A DNA stretch of 64,000 nucleotides from SAR202 cluster bacterium Io17-Chloro-G4 (GTDB lineage Bacteria > Chloroflexota > Dehalococcoidia > Lucifugimonadales > UBA3495): the NCBI GenBank assembly GCA_002816455.1, contig MUCR01000019.1, forward strand, positions 107 to 64,106, read 5' to 3'. The translations under genes and the position numbers were made by a program. Of this stretch, positions 8,585 through 17,942 are shown piece after piece. Every line of letters begins with the position of its first letter. Positions within the stretch are counted from its first letter, which is position 1. The notes beneath the pieces were generated by a model. It had not been told where the DNA came from. It did not search any database and saw nothing but the letters and a program-made list of their open reading frames with translations.

Positions 8585-9814
8585 TTACATGTCCAAAATC
8601 AAGCTGGACCAGCCGAAGTCGCGGGCGCCCAGCCCTTCTGCTGTGTAGGGATGGTAATACTCCCTAAAGCCTGATTTGGCGATGCACTCCTGACTTTTGG
8701 AAACGATGGTGTCTGCCAACTCAGCATAGCCGTGCCGCCGCAAGGCATGGGAGAGAAACCAGTTGGTGTTGATCCAACTTGGCCCTCGCCAGATAAAGCC
8801 CCGGGGGTTGCCCGGCATGAACTTGGGGTCGGAGGCGGGAACCGAAGGCAGAGGATAAGGCGTCCAAAAATGGTCCGGCGAGGTGACCCATTTGTCCACC
8901 AACCGCTCCACAATGGGCCTGGGCAAGTCATCCAAAATTAAAGGCATCAGCGAACTAATGCTCACAACCTTGACCGGCGTTTCCGCCACGCCCGACAGGT
9001 CGAAGAATGCTCCGGCCTCTTCATCCCAGCACTTGGACAAAAGGGCATCCCGGGTCTTATCCGCCTCCCTTTCGAACTCAGCCGCTTCATCTGAACCGGC
9101 CAGGAGGCGCGCCAAAGATCGCAGGCCCATGGCATAGATGGAATTAACTAGCACGTCTTCGAAATGGAAAATATCGGCGGCCAGAATACGGCGGTCGTCT
9201 CCCCGCATTGGCTCGTAAGCTGCGTAGACCTTGCTGAGGGCAGCGATAAATCCTTGGTTGCTCAACTCTTCCAGACCCAGAGCTTCGTCGTACTTGGGAG
9301 AACAATCGGTGCCCGCCTCCTCCGGCTGAATCACGGCGATCAAGCCGTCGTTATCCGGGTCCCGGTTCAAGCGAAGCCACCGGTAAAAGGCCGTCAACAC
9401 GGGCAGGGCAGCGGCCCGAAACTCCTCATCCCCGGTAGCCTGGTAAATCCGCTCCACGGTGTAGGCAATGATGGGCGGCTGCATGGTAGCGCTGTAAAAC
9501 TCGGACGTCCGGCCAACGATGTTGCGGCTGAGAAAGTCCGGCTGCTTTTCCATCTCCCAGAAAATGATGTGGGGAATAAACCCGTCAGGCAGCGCGCCGC
9601 TCATCAAAGTCCTCATTTCAGCCTTAGCTTGCTCCTGGTCCAAGTGAAGTAGAGCGATGGCGTGGAAACAAGAGTCCCAGAACCACTGGAAGGGGTATCC
9701 GGTCAAGGACGGGCAGACAAAGTTGAACTCTTTTCCATTCCAATCGGCCACACCCCGGCGCAAATTGCCAAGCAGTATCGTGCGGGCCGCTTCTTCCAAT
9801 TCCGTTCGTTGCAT
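8585..9814 (-). CDS. MGH1-like glycoside hydrolase (GH63/trehalase-like (alpha/alpha)6 barrel)
   Basis: YPFQWFWDSCFHA, QPPI, EAGTDCSP, WRGPSWINTNW, FREYY..G.GARDFGWS. Confidence 0.85.
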   Translation of the reverse strand: MQRTELEEAARTILLGNLRRGVADWNGKEFNFVCPSLTGYPFQWFWDSCFHAIALLHLDQEQAKAEMRTLMSGALPDGFIPHIIFWEMEKQPDFLSRNIVGRTSEFYSATMQPPIIAYTVERIYQATGDEEFRAAALPVLTAFYRWLRLNRDPDNDGLIAVIQPEEAGTDCSPKYDEALGLEELSNQGFIAALSKVYAAYEPMRGDDRRILAADIFHFEDVLVNSIYAMGLRSLARLLAGSDEAAEFEREADKTRDALLSKCWDEEAGAFFDLSGVAETPVKVVSISSLMPLILDDLPRPIVERLVDKWVTSPDHFWTPYPLPSVPASDPKFMPGNPRGFIWRGPSWINTNWFLSHALRRHGYAELADTIVSKSQECIAKSGFREYYHPYTAEGLGARDFGWSSLILDM

Positions 9815-9858
9815 TTGCTACTCCGTCACCGAGGTTTTGCCCCGGTAGGTGAATTAAT

Positions 9859-10041
9859 CGTGTCACCGGTGTTCAGGCGCCGGGTTGCTTTCACGACTTC
9901 CGGATTCCGGCTTTCGCCGGAATGACGAAGATGTATCGCCAGAGCTTTCAGCAGAACCGAACCGTCTCACCCGCGAAGGCGGGTGTCCAGGAAGTCACGA
10001 GTTGAGACATTTCCTGGATTCCGACCTACGCCGGAAAGGCG
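9859..10041. repeat. Two copies of palindromic repeat family A (dRS3/RPE-like)
   Basis: cgtctcacc(c/g)gcg-aggc..gtgtccagg ... ggattccggc-t-cgccggaatgacg at 9859-9927 and 9963-10041. Confidence 0.75.
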
Positions 10042-10058
10042 GGGCCTTTGCCCGCCTT

Positions 10059-11288
10059 TCACGTCGTCGATTTATATTCTGAAATGTACTTATCGGCTGT
10101 GGCCGCCCAGGTAAATTCGGACAAGGCGTATTTCTGAGCATCTTCGCCTAATTCTGCCCGGTATTTATCATCGTTCACCAACCGCACCAGAGCCTCCAGC
10201 GCCGCCGCACGGTCAAAGGTGGGAACGACCTCGGCACCTCGCACCAGAAGCTCCCGGTTCGCCCCAACGTCGTGGGTGAGCAGCGGGAGGCCGTGGGCCA
10301 TGGCCTCAAAAAAGACCAAACCGAAGGCTTCGTAATGGGAAAACAGAGCGAAGATGTCCGATTGGGCGTACCACTGGTTTAACTCCGAGTCGGACAGCTC
10401 TCCGGTCAGGATCACCTGTCCCTCCAATCCCATTTCCTGCACAGCACGAGTCAGGATTGCCTCGTCTCCTTCGTCCCGGCCAATCAAGACCAGCCGGGCC
10501 GGCTTGTGGAACCTAGCGGTGGCTTCCTGATAAACGCTCAGCAGCCACATCTGGCCTTTGTGCTGGCCCAGACGGCCCACGCATAAAACGGTTATAGCGC
10601 CGTCGGAATTAGCCGGGCCGGTAACGACGATATTGTCTGTGGCCGGCGTCGAATCGGGGCTGCTTTTGTCGCTCGGTTCTGCTGCGCTCCAGGCTTCGGG
10701 GTCGGGAGGGGTAGCGCCCCAGCCAATTACGGATTGTTTGCTTTTCGGCACCATATAGGCCCGGCGGACCCGGCCACCCTCGAGGCGGGTTAACGCCACC
10801 ACCCGGTCCACCACATTGCACAAGAACATGTTGAAGGGACGTAGCCACCAACGGCTGATGGGCAGGGTATGAAACGACGGCGTGAAAACGAACCTGGCCC
10901 TGCGCCGGAACCAAAACCAAGCCCAAATATGGCCCCAAAACCAACCGTCGCCCACGAAGTGAATAACATTGGGATTGAACTCATTCAAGTAATGGCGGAG
11001 CCGGAATGGAGAAAACCAGACCAGCGGCACCGAATACAACGGAATCGAGCGCCTTGGGTATCCGCTCAAACGGAAGATATCGATGCCCTCATCTGTGGTT
11101 TCCCGATCGGCCCAATCGGGTTGAGCGACCCGGGGAAAGGAGTACTTGGTGGTGAGAACTCCGACAGCCTCCACTTCCCCGGATTTTTGTATCTGGAAGG
11201 TGAGTTGCTCGATAGCCCGTTCTATGCCACCCAGATAAGGGCGAAAGTAGGGGGTCAAAAACAAAACGCGAACTGGCGAATCTTCCAC
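10059..11288 (-). CDS. Glycosyltransferase family 4
   Basis: GGIER, VGRLGQHKG, YEAFGLVFFEAMAHGLP (EX7E). Confidence 0.92.
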   Translation of the reverse strand: MEDSPVRVLFLTPYFRPYLGGIERAIEQLTFQIQKSGEVEAVGVLTTKYSFPRVAQPDWADRETTDEGIDIFRLSGYPRRSIPLYSVPLVWFSPFRLRHYLNEFNPNVIHFVGDGWFWGHIWAWFWFRRRARFVFTPSFHTLPISRWWLRPFNMFLCNVVDRVVALTRLEGGRVRRAYMVPKSKQSVIGWGATPPDPEAWSAAEPSDKSSPDSTPATDNIVVTGPANSDGAITVLCVGRLGQHKGQMWLLSVYQEATARFHKPARLVLIGRDEGDEAILTRAVQEMGLEGQVILTGELSDSELNQWYAQSDIFALFSHYEAFGLVFFEAMAHGLPLLTHDVGANRELLVRGAEVVPTFDRAAALEALVRLVNDDKYRAELGEDAQKYALSEFTWAATADKYISEYKSTT

Positions 11289-11339
11289 TAAGTGACTCCG
11301 GTGAATGACTCCGGTTAGCCAGCCTGCAAAGCAAGCGCA

Positions 11340-11368
11340 ATGCTACCTTCACCCTCAAATGGTGTCAA
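11340..11368 (-). promoter_or_regulatory. sigma70-type promoter for the GT4 gene
   Basis: Minus strand TTGACA-N17-TAGCAT. Confidence 0.55.
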
Positions 11369-11495
11369 CGGCCGACTAAAACCTCGCGGCAAATGGGGTT
11401 GTGGAACCCTTGTGGGAATCAACGGCATATTCAGAAGCCCCAGCGGCCACTGCACCCAGCCAGCCTCGAGCCAAAGTCAATTGAAAAGAAGTGGC

Positions 11496-13721
11496 TTAAA
11501 CCACGTTTAAGCCACTTCGCCAAGCATCAGCCAGATCCCCGACCGCCAAGTCGAATTGGGAACCCCACACGAAATGGTTTCCACCGGTGGTCCCTAACCT
11601 TAGGGTGGGCACACCGGACCGGCCAGCCAACCGTTCCAGCTTGGGCCAGTGATCGGGAGACAGCGATATAACGATGCGCGATTGGCCTTCGCCAAACATG
11701 GTCATGTCCCACCTTCGGGGCAATGCAGTACTGCCGGTAAAACCCACGTTGTTCTGAATGCACGACTCAGCCAGTGCCACCGCCAACCCACCCTCGGAGC
11801 AATCATGGGCGGAGGCTGCTACACCCGCGCTGATTAACTGCCGGCACAGTTCTTGAACCCTCCGTTCCAGGGATAGGTCCAAAACCGGCCGTCCCGCCAC
11901 CAAGCCCTGGATGACCTGAAGGTACTCGCTGCCCGCCAGGTCCGTTTTTCGCGGCCGCAAAGCGTCTCTGCCCAGCAATGCCACTACAAGTCCTTCATTT
12001 GGGAAACCCGATTGGCAATGTTGGGATGCGTCCTCCAGCAACCCCAAGCCACCCACCACCGGGGTTGGATAGATCGCCTGGCCTTTAGACTCGTTGTACA
12101 GGCTCACGTTGCCGCTGACTACTGGTAACCCCAGATGCCTGCAGGCCCTGGCCATGCCCCTAATGCACCATTCCAACTGGAAGTAAACATCGGGGCGCTC
12201 CGGGTTGCCGAAGTTTAAGCAGTCGGTCAAGGCTACAGGCTCAGCACCGGCACAGGACAAATTCCGGCAGACCTCAGCCACGGCTATTTGTCCTCCACGG
12301 TATGGGTCCAAGTAGCAATAACGGCTGTTGCCGTCGATACTAAGCGCAATGGCCTTCCCAGTTCCTTTGATCCGCAACACGGCTGCGTCGCTGCCCGGTC
12401 CCACCACGGTGTTGGTCTGCACTTGATGGTCGTACTGGCGGTAGACGCTCTCTTTGCTGGCAACATTCGGTGAGGACAGCAGTTTCAACAGCGTGGCTGC
12501 TGGACCTTCCGGCGGCAAGGGTATTTGGTCCGCGGATAATGTTTGCCTTTGTTTGTACTCCCGGTCCGGCCTTCCCTTTAGGCGGTATCTGGGCGCCGAA
12601 ACCAAGTCTTTAATCGGCAGATTGACAATTTCGCGAGGGCCGTCCGACACCAATGCCGCTTGCGGAGAAATCACCTCGCCAATTAGCTGGCAGGGGACGT
12701 CCCATTTTTCGAAGATTTTCCTCACCCGCTCCGTCTTGTCCGGAGGCGTCACCAGAATCATTCGCTCTTGGGACTCGGAGAGCATCACCTCGTATCCGGT
12801 CATGCCGGCCTCCCGGCGATGTACTTGGGCAATGTTCAGGGACACCCCACGGCCAGCACGGTAGGCCGACTCTATCGTCGCGCTGGTTAGCCCGGCGGCG
12901 CCCAAGTCCTGGATTGCCAGCACATCGCCGGTTTCCAGTGCCTCTAGACAAGCTTCAATCAGGACTTTCTCCAGAAACGGGTTGCCCACCTGGACCGTGG
13001 GTCTCAGTTCTTGCTCTTCCTCAAAGGTCCGGGAAGCCAAGCCGGATGCGCCGTGAATACCGTCGCGGCCCGTGCCTGCGCCCACTAGCAACAGCACGTT
13101 GCCCGCCTTGCCCGCAGCGGCGGTGGCCAGGGCGTCTTTCCGCACCAATCCTACACACATGGCGTTTACCAACGGGTTTTGGGCATAGGACTCGTCGAAG
13201 TAGATCTCCCCGGCTACGTCGGGCACGCCTATGCAATTACCGTACCAAGAAATGCCGCCGACTACCCCGTTAAATAGTTGTCGGCTCTGCGGGTCGGAAA
13301 GTGGACCGAAACGAAGGGAATTGAGGAGGGCGATGGGCCGGGCGCCCATGGCCAAGATGTCCCGGACGATGCCGCCTACTCCAGTGGCTGCGCCTTGGTG
13401 GGGCTCCACAGCCGAAGGGTGGTTATGGGATTCGACTTTAAATACCACGGCAAAACCGTCGCCGATGTCCACCGCCCCGGCGTTCTCGGCCCCCTGTTGG
13501 GACAGCACCCTGGGAGACTGGCTGGGAAAGAATTTCAGAAGTGGGCGGGAGTGCTTGTAGCCGCAGTGCTCGCTCCAAAGGGCGCCAAACATCCCCAGTT
13601 CCACCGGGTTGGGTTCCCGGTCCAGCAAGTCCAGAATACGGTCGTACTCGGCCCGGCTCAGCGCTATCTCGTCCAGCGCATCTTGGGTAATTCCCCCGTT
13701 CACTCCCGCATTCACTGCCAT
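11496..13721 (-). CDS. purL: Phosphoribosylformylglycinamidine synthase subunit PurL
   Basis: WSEHCGYK, KVESHNHPS, GRDGIHGA, QDLGAAGL, MLSESQERM, QYDHQV, LNFGNPE, SGNVSLYNE. Confidence 0.97.
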   Translation of the reverse strand: MAVNAGVNGGITQDALDEIALSRAEYDRILDLLDREPNPVELGMFGALWSEHCGYKHSRPLLKFFPSQSPRVLSQQGAENAGAVDIGDGFAVVFKVESHNHPSAVEPHQGAATGVGGIVRDILAMGARPIALLNSLRFGPLSDPQSRQLFNGVVGGISWYGNCIGVPDVAGEIYFDESYAQNPLVNAMCVGLVRKDALATAAAGKAGNVLLLVGAGTGRDGIHGASGLASRTFEEEQELRPTVQVGNPFLEKVLIEACLEALETGDVLAIQDLGAAGLTSATIESAYRAGRGVSLNIAQVHRREAGMTGYEVMLSESQERMILVTPPDKTERVRKIFEKWDVPCQLIGEVISPQAALVSDGPREIVNLPIKDLVSAPRYRLKGRPDREYKQRQTLSADQIPLPPEGPAATLLKLLSSPNVASKESVYRQYDHQVQTNTVVGPGSDAAVLRIKGTGKAIALSIDGNSRYCYLDPYRGGQIAVAEVCRNLSCAGAEPVALTDCLNFGNPERPDVYFQLEWCIRGMARACRHLGLPVVSGNVSLYNESKGQAIYPTPVVGGLGLLEDASQHCQSGFPNEGLVVALLGRDALRPRKTDLAGSEYLQVIQGLVAGRPVLDLSLERRVQELCRQLISAGVAASAHDCSEGGLAVALAESCIQNNVGFTGSTALPRRWDMTMFGEGQSRIVISLSPDHWPKLERLAGRSGVPTLRLGTTGGNHFVWGSQFDLAVGDLADAWRSGLNVV

Positions 13722-14893
13722 CGCTGAACTCCGCCATCGGCTACCCGGAAGTAGGTTGCCGCCTGTCCGAAAAATTCCTTCATCGGCTCGATGTCGGTGG
13801 TGGTTATCAACGTTTGCTGATACTGGGTGGCCTTTTCCAGCACCCGTCGCCTCCGCTCTCCGTCCATCTCAGATAGCACATCGTCCAGCAAAACGATGGG
13901 CCCTTCTCCTCGGACCGAGGCCAAGTAGGAAGCCTCGGCCAACCGCAGTGACAACCCCAAAGTGCGGGCTTGTCCTCGGGAAGCAAAGGTTCCCATATCT
14001 ACCTCATTTATCAGCAGGTCGAAGTCGTCCCGATGGGGACCTACGACGGTACTGGCGGTGGCCCTCTCCCGTCGAGAAGCCGCCGCCAGCGACTGGCGAA
14101 ATCGGTCCTCAGTATCATGCATAGATTCACCCAATGGCACGCTGGGTTGATAGGCAACTTGGAAATCTTCCCCCGGCGACGCCAGCTGGGAGTGGTGTTC
14201 AGCACAGTCCCGGGCAAGTTCCTTCATGACTTCCCGACGCCGCCAGGTAATCCAGGCCCCTTCCCGGACCAACTCATCGTCCCAAAAAGCGAGTTCTTCG
14301 GCGTTCGCCCGGCCATCGTTAATCATCCGGAGCAACTGGTTCCTTTGCTGTACCACTTTCTGGTAGCGTTGGAGACCCTTTATATACAAGGGATCGGCCT
14401 GAGAAATCAAAACGTCGAGAAATCGGCGCCGGCCTGACGGCGGTCCCATCACCAGTTCAATATCGTCGGCACTGAAAAGAACGGCATTGACCGTACCTAC
14501 CAACTCGGTGGCCGTGCGCCTTACGCGACTGACCCGTATCTGCTTCCGAACGGAAACGGCACCGGGTCTCGGATCTCCGGTCAACCCACCACCGTTTCTC
14601 CGGGTCTCCACCGGCTCGTACCCGACAATTACTTGGACACGCTCACCTTTTTTCTCTACCGTGCCGCTAACCAGGCCCTGTTCACCTTGTGCCGCTGCTT
14701 GGAAGTTCAGAACTTCCCGTTCGTTTTCGGCGCGGAAGGACCGGGCGATGGCCAGTAAGTAGACCGCCTCCAGGAAGGCCGTCTTGCCCTGGGCATTGGG
14801 TCCGGAAAAGACTACCACGCCTTCGGGCAGGTCCAGTTCGAGTTCAACCAAGTTGCGAAAGTTGGTAAGACTGAGGTGGGAGAGGTAGGCCAA
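13712..14893 (-). CDS. recF: DNA replication/repair protein RecF
   Basis: LTNFRN, GPNAQGKT, RRRFLD, GPHRDD, SRGQAR, LLDDVLSEMD. Confidence 0.96.
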   Translation of the reverse strand: MAYLSHLSLTNFRNLVELELDLPEGVVVFSGPNAQGKTAFLEAVYLLAIARSFRAENEREVLNFQAAAQGEQGLVSGTVEKKGERVQVIVGYEPVETRRNGGGLTGDPRPGAVSVRKQIRVSRVRRTATELVGTVNAVLFSADDIELVMGPPSGRRRFLDVLISQADPLYIKGLQRYQKVVQQRNQLLRMINDGRANAEELAFWDDELVREGAWITWRRREVMKELARDCAEHHSQLASPGEDFQVAYQPSVPLGESMHDTEDRFRQSLAAASRRERATASTVVGPHRDDFDLLINEVDMGTFASRGQARTLGLSLRLAEASYLASVRGEGPIVLLDDVLSEMDGERRRRVLEKATQYQQTLITTTDIEPMKEFFGQAATYFRVADGGVQRWQ

Positions 14894-15072
14894 GCGCTAC
14901 GTCCCTCCAGGCGTGGGGTGTCATGACACATGGTTAACGCGGCTTCGGGCGGTAATTGTACCAGGTTGAGAAACCCGGAGGACATGGCTCCAGCCAGAAT
15001 TATCTTGACTTTCCCAGCTCATGGTGAGACCCGGAACGGTTCAATGGGCTCGCCATTAACTGGGATCTACTG

Positions 15073-15252
15073 CCGTTCGTCCTGAGACCGTCGAAGGATT
15101 TCCATATTCGGGGATGCGTAGGTAGATCTCACCACCTACGCAGCAACCAGATATCGATCGTCTGTGGCGCTTAAATGACCTAACTCATCTTAACCACGGC
15201 AGTGTTTCGACAAGCCTGTCCTGAGCGAGGCCGAAGGACTCACCATGAGCGG
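15073..15252. repeat. Cluster of palindromic repeat family B plus a GTAG-type hairpin
   Basis: ccgttcgtcctgagaccgtcgaagga (15073-15098); ttcgacaagcctgtcctgagcg..gaaggactcaccatgagcgg (15206-15252); cgtaggt-N10-acctacg (15117-15140). Confidence 0.7.
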
Positions 15253-15277
15253 ATAAGCGTAATCACAAAGCTGAGAC

Positions 15278-16108
15278 CTAGCCGCCCTCTTTAATGGACT
15301 GGATTTGCTGGTCCAAATCAGCGGCGCTGTTTGTGTCGCCATCAGACAGCCGGAAGCAACGGTCCAAGTAAAGCTGGGCCAGGCGTGATGCCTGCTGGGT
15401 CGTCTCTCTCGCAACAGCCAACAGGCTAGGGACTTGGAAATTCTCCGGCAAATGGCGGCCCAAGGTGCTGATTTCTCCAGACACTTCTTCCGCCTCGTTA
15501 GAATCGTTCCCTTCCACGGCGAACCGCAGCTTGCCCAGAAGCCGGGACAACTCGCCAAGTTTGTCCCTTTCGCTCATCAGACCAAACAAGACCTCGTTGA
15601 CATCATAAGAGCTGTCCAAAACTTCATCGTTGGCAGGCGCCTGGCCACTTAGAGGGATACTTCCCGAGGCTTCTAGGACTGGGCCGTCCTCCGCCTCTGT
15701 CGTTCCTGTACCAATGGTAACCGAGCCGCCAGATTGGTTGGCGTATAGCTCGGCGTAGGATTGAACGGCCTCGGTCACAGCTTCCATCATCCGCGGAAGG
15801 TCATAAGAAAACATGCTGTCGCCGAAAACCAAATCGTCGTCCCGCATCCGGCTCATACGCTCCAGTTCCTCGTAGCTATCTAGTGCTTCAGGCACGGGCG
15901 GCATTGCGAAGGCGGAGAAGTCGCTCAACGGTAGGCTGCCAAGGTGGGAGGCCAGGAAGGGCGGCACATACTTGGTCAAGTCGGACTTAACCGGCAAAGT
16001 GACCACGTAGGTAGCATATACTTTGTCCGGCTCAGTGCTGACCCGGAAATATAGTAGAGCGTGCCCTTTGGGGTGCTGAGGGTCGCCTTTTTCGAATGTA
16101 ATGTCCAT
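15278..16108 (-). CDS. Hypothetical protein
   Basis: 276-aa acidic ORF with normal composition and a helical C-terminal region; no recognised motif. Confidence 0.75.
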   Translation of the reverse strand: MDITFEKGDPQHPKGHALLYFRVSTEPDKVYATYVVTLPVKSDLTKYVPPFLASHLGSLPLSDFSAFAMPPVPEALDSYEELERMSRMRDDDLVFGDSMFSYDLPRMMEAVTEAVQSYAELYANQSGGSVTIGTGTTEAEDGPVLEASGSIPLSGQAPANDEVLDSSYDVNEVLFGLMSERDKLGELSRLLGKLRFAVEGNDSNEAEEVSGEISTLGRHLPENFQVPSLLAVARETTQQASRLAQLYLDRCFRLSDGDTNSAADLDQQIQSIKEGG

Positions 16109-16282
16109 ATGCCAATTCCCAAGACCGGGATTGTTTCCCAGGATTGTTTCAATTAGTCCATTATAGGCGATTGAAATTGCATAGGCCAGACAGGGAAAAC
16201 TATTGCGCCCTCAAGTGAACGCGACGAGCCCGTTACCGTGAGCTTCTTTAGGCCTCCTATCAAACTTCCACGGAAGGATGTC

Positions 16283-16362
16283 CGCCTCACCGGCGTAGGC
16301 CGGTGTCCAGGAAATATCGCGGCTCAGGCACTGGCTAGATTCCGGCCTACGCCGGAATGACG
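16283..16362. repeat. Palindromic repeat family A copy
   Basis: cgcctcaccggcgtaggccggtgtccagg...ctagattccggcctacgccggaatgacg. Confidence 0.75.
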
Positions 16363-16477
16363 CATAATTGACTGGCCCAGCGCCAGCTGTGCTCAACCCC
16401 GATATAGGATGATGTATAGTATATTTAGCCACAAATCGGGGCTCCTCGCCCCCCAGTTGAGAATGAGGAGGCGGCCC

Positions 16478-16897
16478 ATGGCCAGTCAGGGAATAAGAGA
16501 ATTCGATTACGACAAGCTGGAAATCGGTGAGGAACTGGGTTCCTACGAGTACGTGTTGACCCAGGAGATGCTGGATAATTTTCGACTGGCAGTGGATGAC
16601 CCTGACGCATCCTTTCCCACCCTGGCGGTAAAACACGACGCCACCGCCTTCGCCATGGTGTACGAGGACAATACCGGTGGCGTGAACGCAGGAAACGAGG
16701 TGGAGTTTTTTAACCCGCCCATCCCGGGAAAAACCATCCGGGTGACCGGCCGGGTGGCCGACAAATACCTTCGCCGGGACAAGCCCTATATGGTCATCGA
16801 AGCCACGGCCGTGGATGAAGACGGCCGGTTGCTGGAGAAGCTACGGACCTACCAAATGAAAAAGCCGGACGAGGTTGGAAAGAAATGGAAGAAGTAA
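16478..16897 (+). CDS. MaoC/hotdog-fold dehydratase-like protein
   Basis: VNAGNEVEFFNPPIPGKTIRVTGRVADKYLRRDKPY; GAGGAGG SD before the ATG at 16478. Confidence 0.8.
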   Translation: MASQGIREFDYDKLEIGEELGSYEYVLTQEMLDNFRLAVDDPDASFPTLAVKHDATAFAMVYEDNTGGVNAGNEVEFFNPPIPGKTIRVTGRVADKYLRRDKPYMVIEATAVDEDGRLLEKLRTYQMKKPDEVGKKWKK

Positions 16898-16899
16898 AG

Positions 16900-17304
16900 A
16901 TGGATCTTAACCAGGAAATCCCCAGCGTCTCTAAGAAAATCACCCAGGAAAGCATCAACCAGTTTGAGTCCTGCGGAATCCTAGACCGGCAGAACATCCA
17001 CAACAACCCCGAACTGGCCAAGCAACGTTTGGGTTTCGCCCATCCTCTTGCTTCCGGGCGAATGTCGGTGGCCTTTGCCGCCGAAAGCCTGCGCAAGTTC
17101 TTCGGCCCCGAGGTTTTCAACCATACTGGCACCGTAAACCTGAAGTTCCTGCGTCCGGTAAAAAACGGCGACACCATTACGGTCACCGGGAATGTCAGCC
17201 ACCAGCAAGAAATCGACAAGGGCACTTTGGTTACCGTCGCCCTGTTCTGCGAAAACCAAGACCAGGACAGGACAGCCATCGGTAACGGCACAGCTATTAT
17301 TTAG
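16900..17304 (+). CDS. MaoC family dehydratase
   Basis: NIHNNPELAK..GFAHPLASG, KFLRPVKNGDTI. Confidence 0.85.
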   Translation: MDLNQEIPSVSKKITQESINQFESCGILDRQNIHNNPELAKQRLGFAHPLASGRMSVAFAAESLRKFFGPEVFNHTGTVNLKFLRPVKNGDTITVTGNVSHQQEIDKGTLVTVALFCENQDQDRTAIGNGTAII

Positions 17305-17331
17305 GGCAGCTGTTTATGCTGGGTAAGCAAA

Positions 17332-17411
17332 CGTCTCACCGGCGTAGGCCGGTGTCTAGGAAATCGTGAGGCTCCGATGCTGTCTAGATTCGGGCCTGCG
17401 CCGGAATGACG
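17332..17411. repeat. Palindromic repeat family A copy
   Basis: cgtctcaccggcgtaggccggtgtctagg...ctagattcgggcctgcgccggaatgacg. Confidence 0.75.
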
Positions 17412-17449
17412 AATTCCTTCTTCAACCACTAACGCCTTATATAGTTCTC

Positions 17450-17478
17450 TTGCAATTCCCAAGGGGATTATTTACACT
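17450..17478 (+). promoter_or_regulatory. sigma70-type promoter for the selenoprotein gene
   Basis: TTGCAA-N17-TACACT. Confidence 0.5.
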
Positions 17479-17511
17479 CGAATAATCAAACCATGGCTAT
17501 CGAGGAGAAAT

Positions 17512-17808
17512 ATGACCGGCGGCGAACACGGAAAAGTTGAAGTAGAGATCTTATATTGCGTTTCTTGAGGGTACTTCCCCGTCGCCACGTGGTTGGCGTC
17601 AGAGTTCTTCCGCTCGGATGCGCCCGGTGACATAGCGTTGAAGCTAACCCCCGACGGCAGAGGGCGGTTGGAAGTGTATGTTGACGGGGAAAAAATCTTC
17701 GATCGTAAAGAGGATGGCGGGTTCCCCGACTTGGGCAAGGTCAACGAACTTAAGATGACCATCGCCGAGAAGCTTTTTGAAATTGAGGACGCTCTAACCG
17801 CCGATTAG
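17512..17808 (+). CDS. Rdx family (SelW/SelT/SelH-like) selenoprotein, 98 aa, CxxU motif
   Basis: GAGGAG SD, ATG at 17512, MTGGEHGKVEVEILYCVS-TGA(17566-17568)-GYFPVATWLASEF..GRLEVYVDGEKIFDRKEDGGFPD; in frame with the 71-aa ORF at 17593. Confidence 0.88.
17574..17606 (+). promoter_or_regulatory. Candidate bacterial SECIS hairpin
   Basis: cgcca-cgtggt-tggcg stem-loop (17583-17598) about 15 nt after the in-frame UGA. Confidence 0.5.
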
Positions 17809-17837
17809 AGGCGCTCACTTCCCGGAATGTCCGGACC

Positions 17838-17880
17838 GAAAAGATGCAGTCCCGTGAAATTCAGCGGTCTGCATCTTTTC
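17838..17880 (+). terminator. Intrinsic terminator-like hairpin
   Basis: 12-bp inverted repeat gaaaagatgcag...ctgcatcttttc after the selenoprotein gene. Confidence 0.6.
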
Positions 17881-17942
17881 TGTGCCGCATCTTTTCTGTG
17901 GATTTAGGCTCGATATATTACCGGTTGCGGTTTGGAGAAACA

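Noticed and set aside
17512-17808. Pseudogene with a premature stop
   Set aside because: The TGA falls exactly at the CxxU redox position, and the SD, downstream frame and a hairpin are intact, so selenocysteine is the better explanation.
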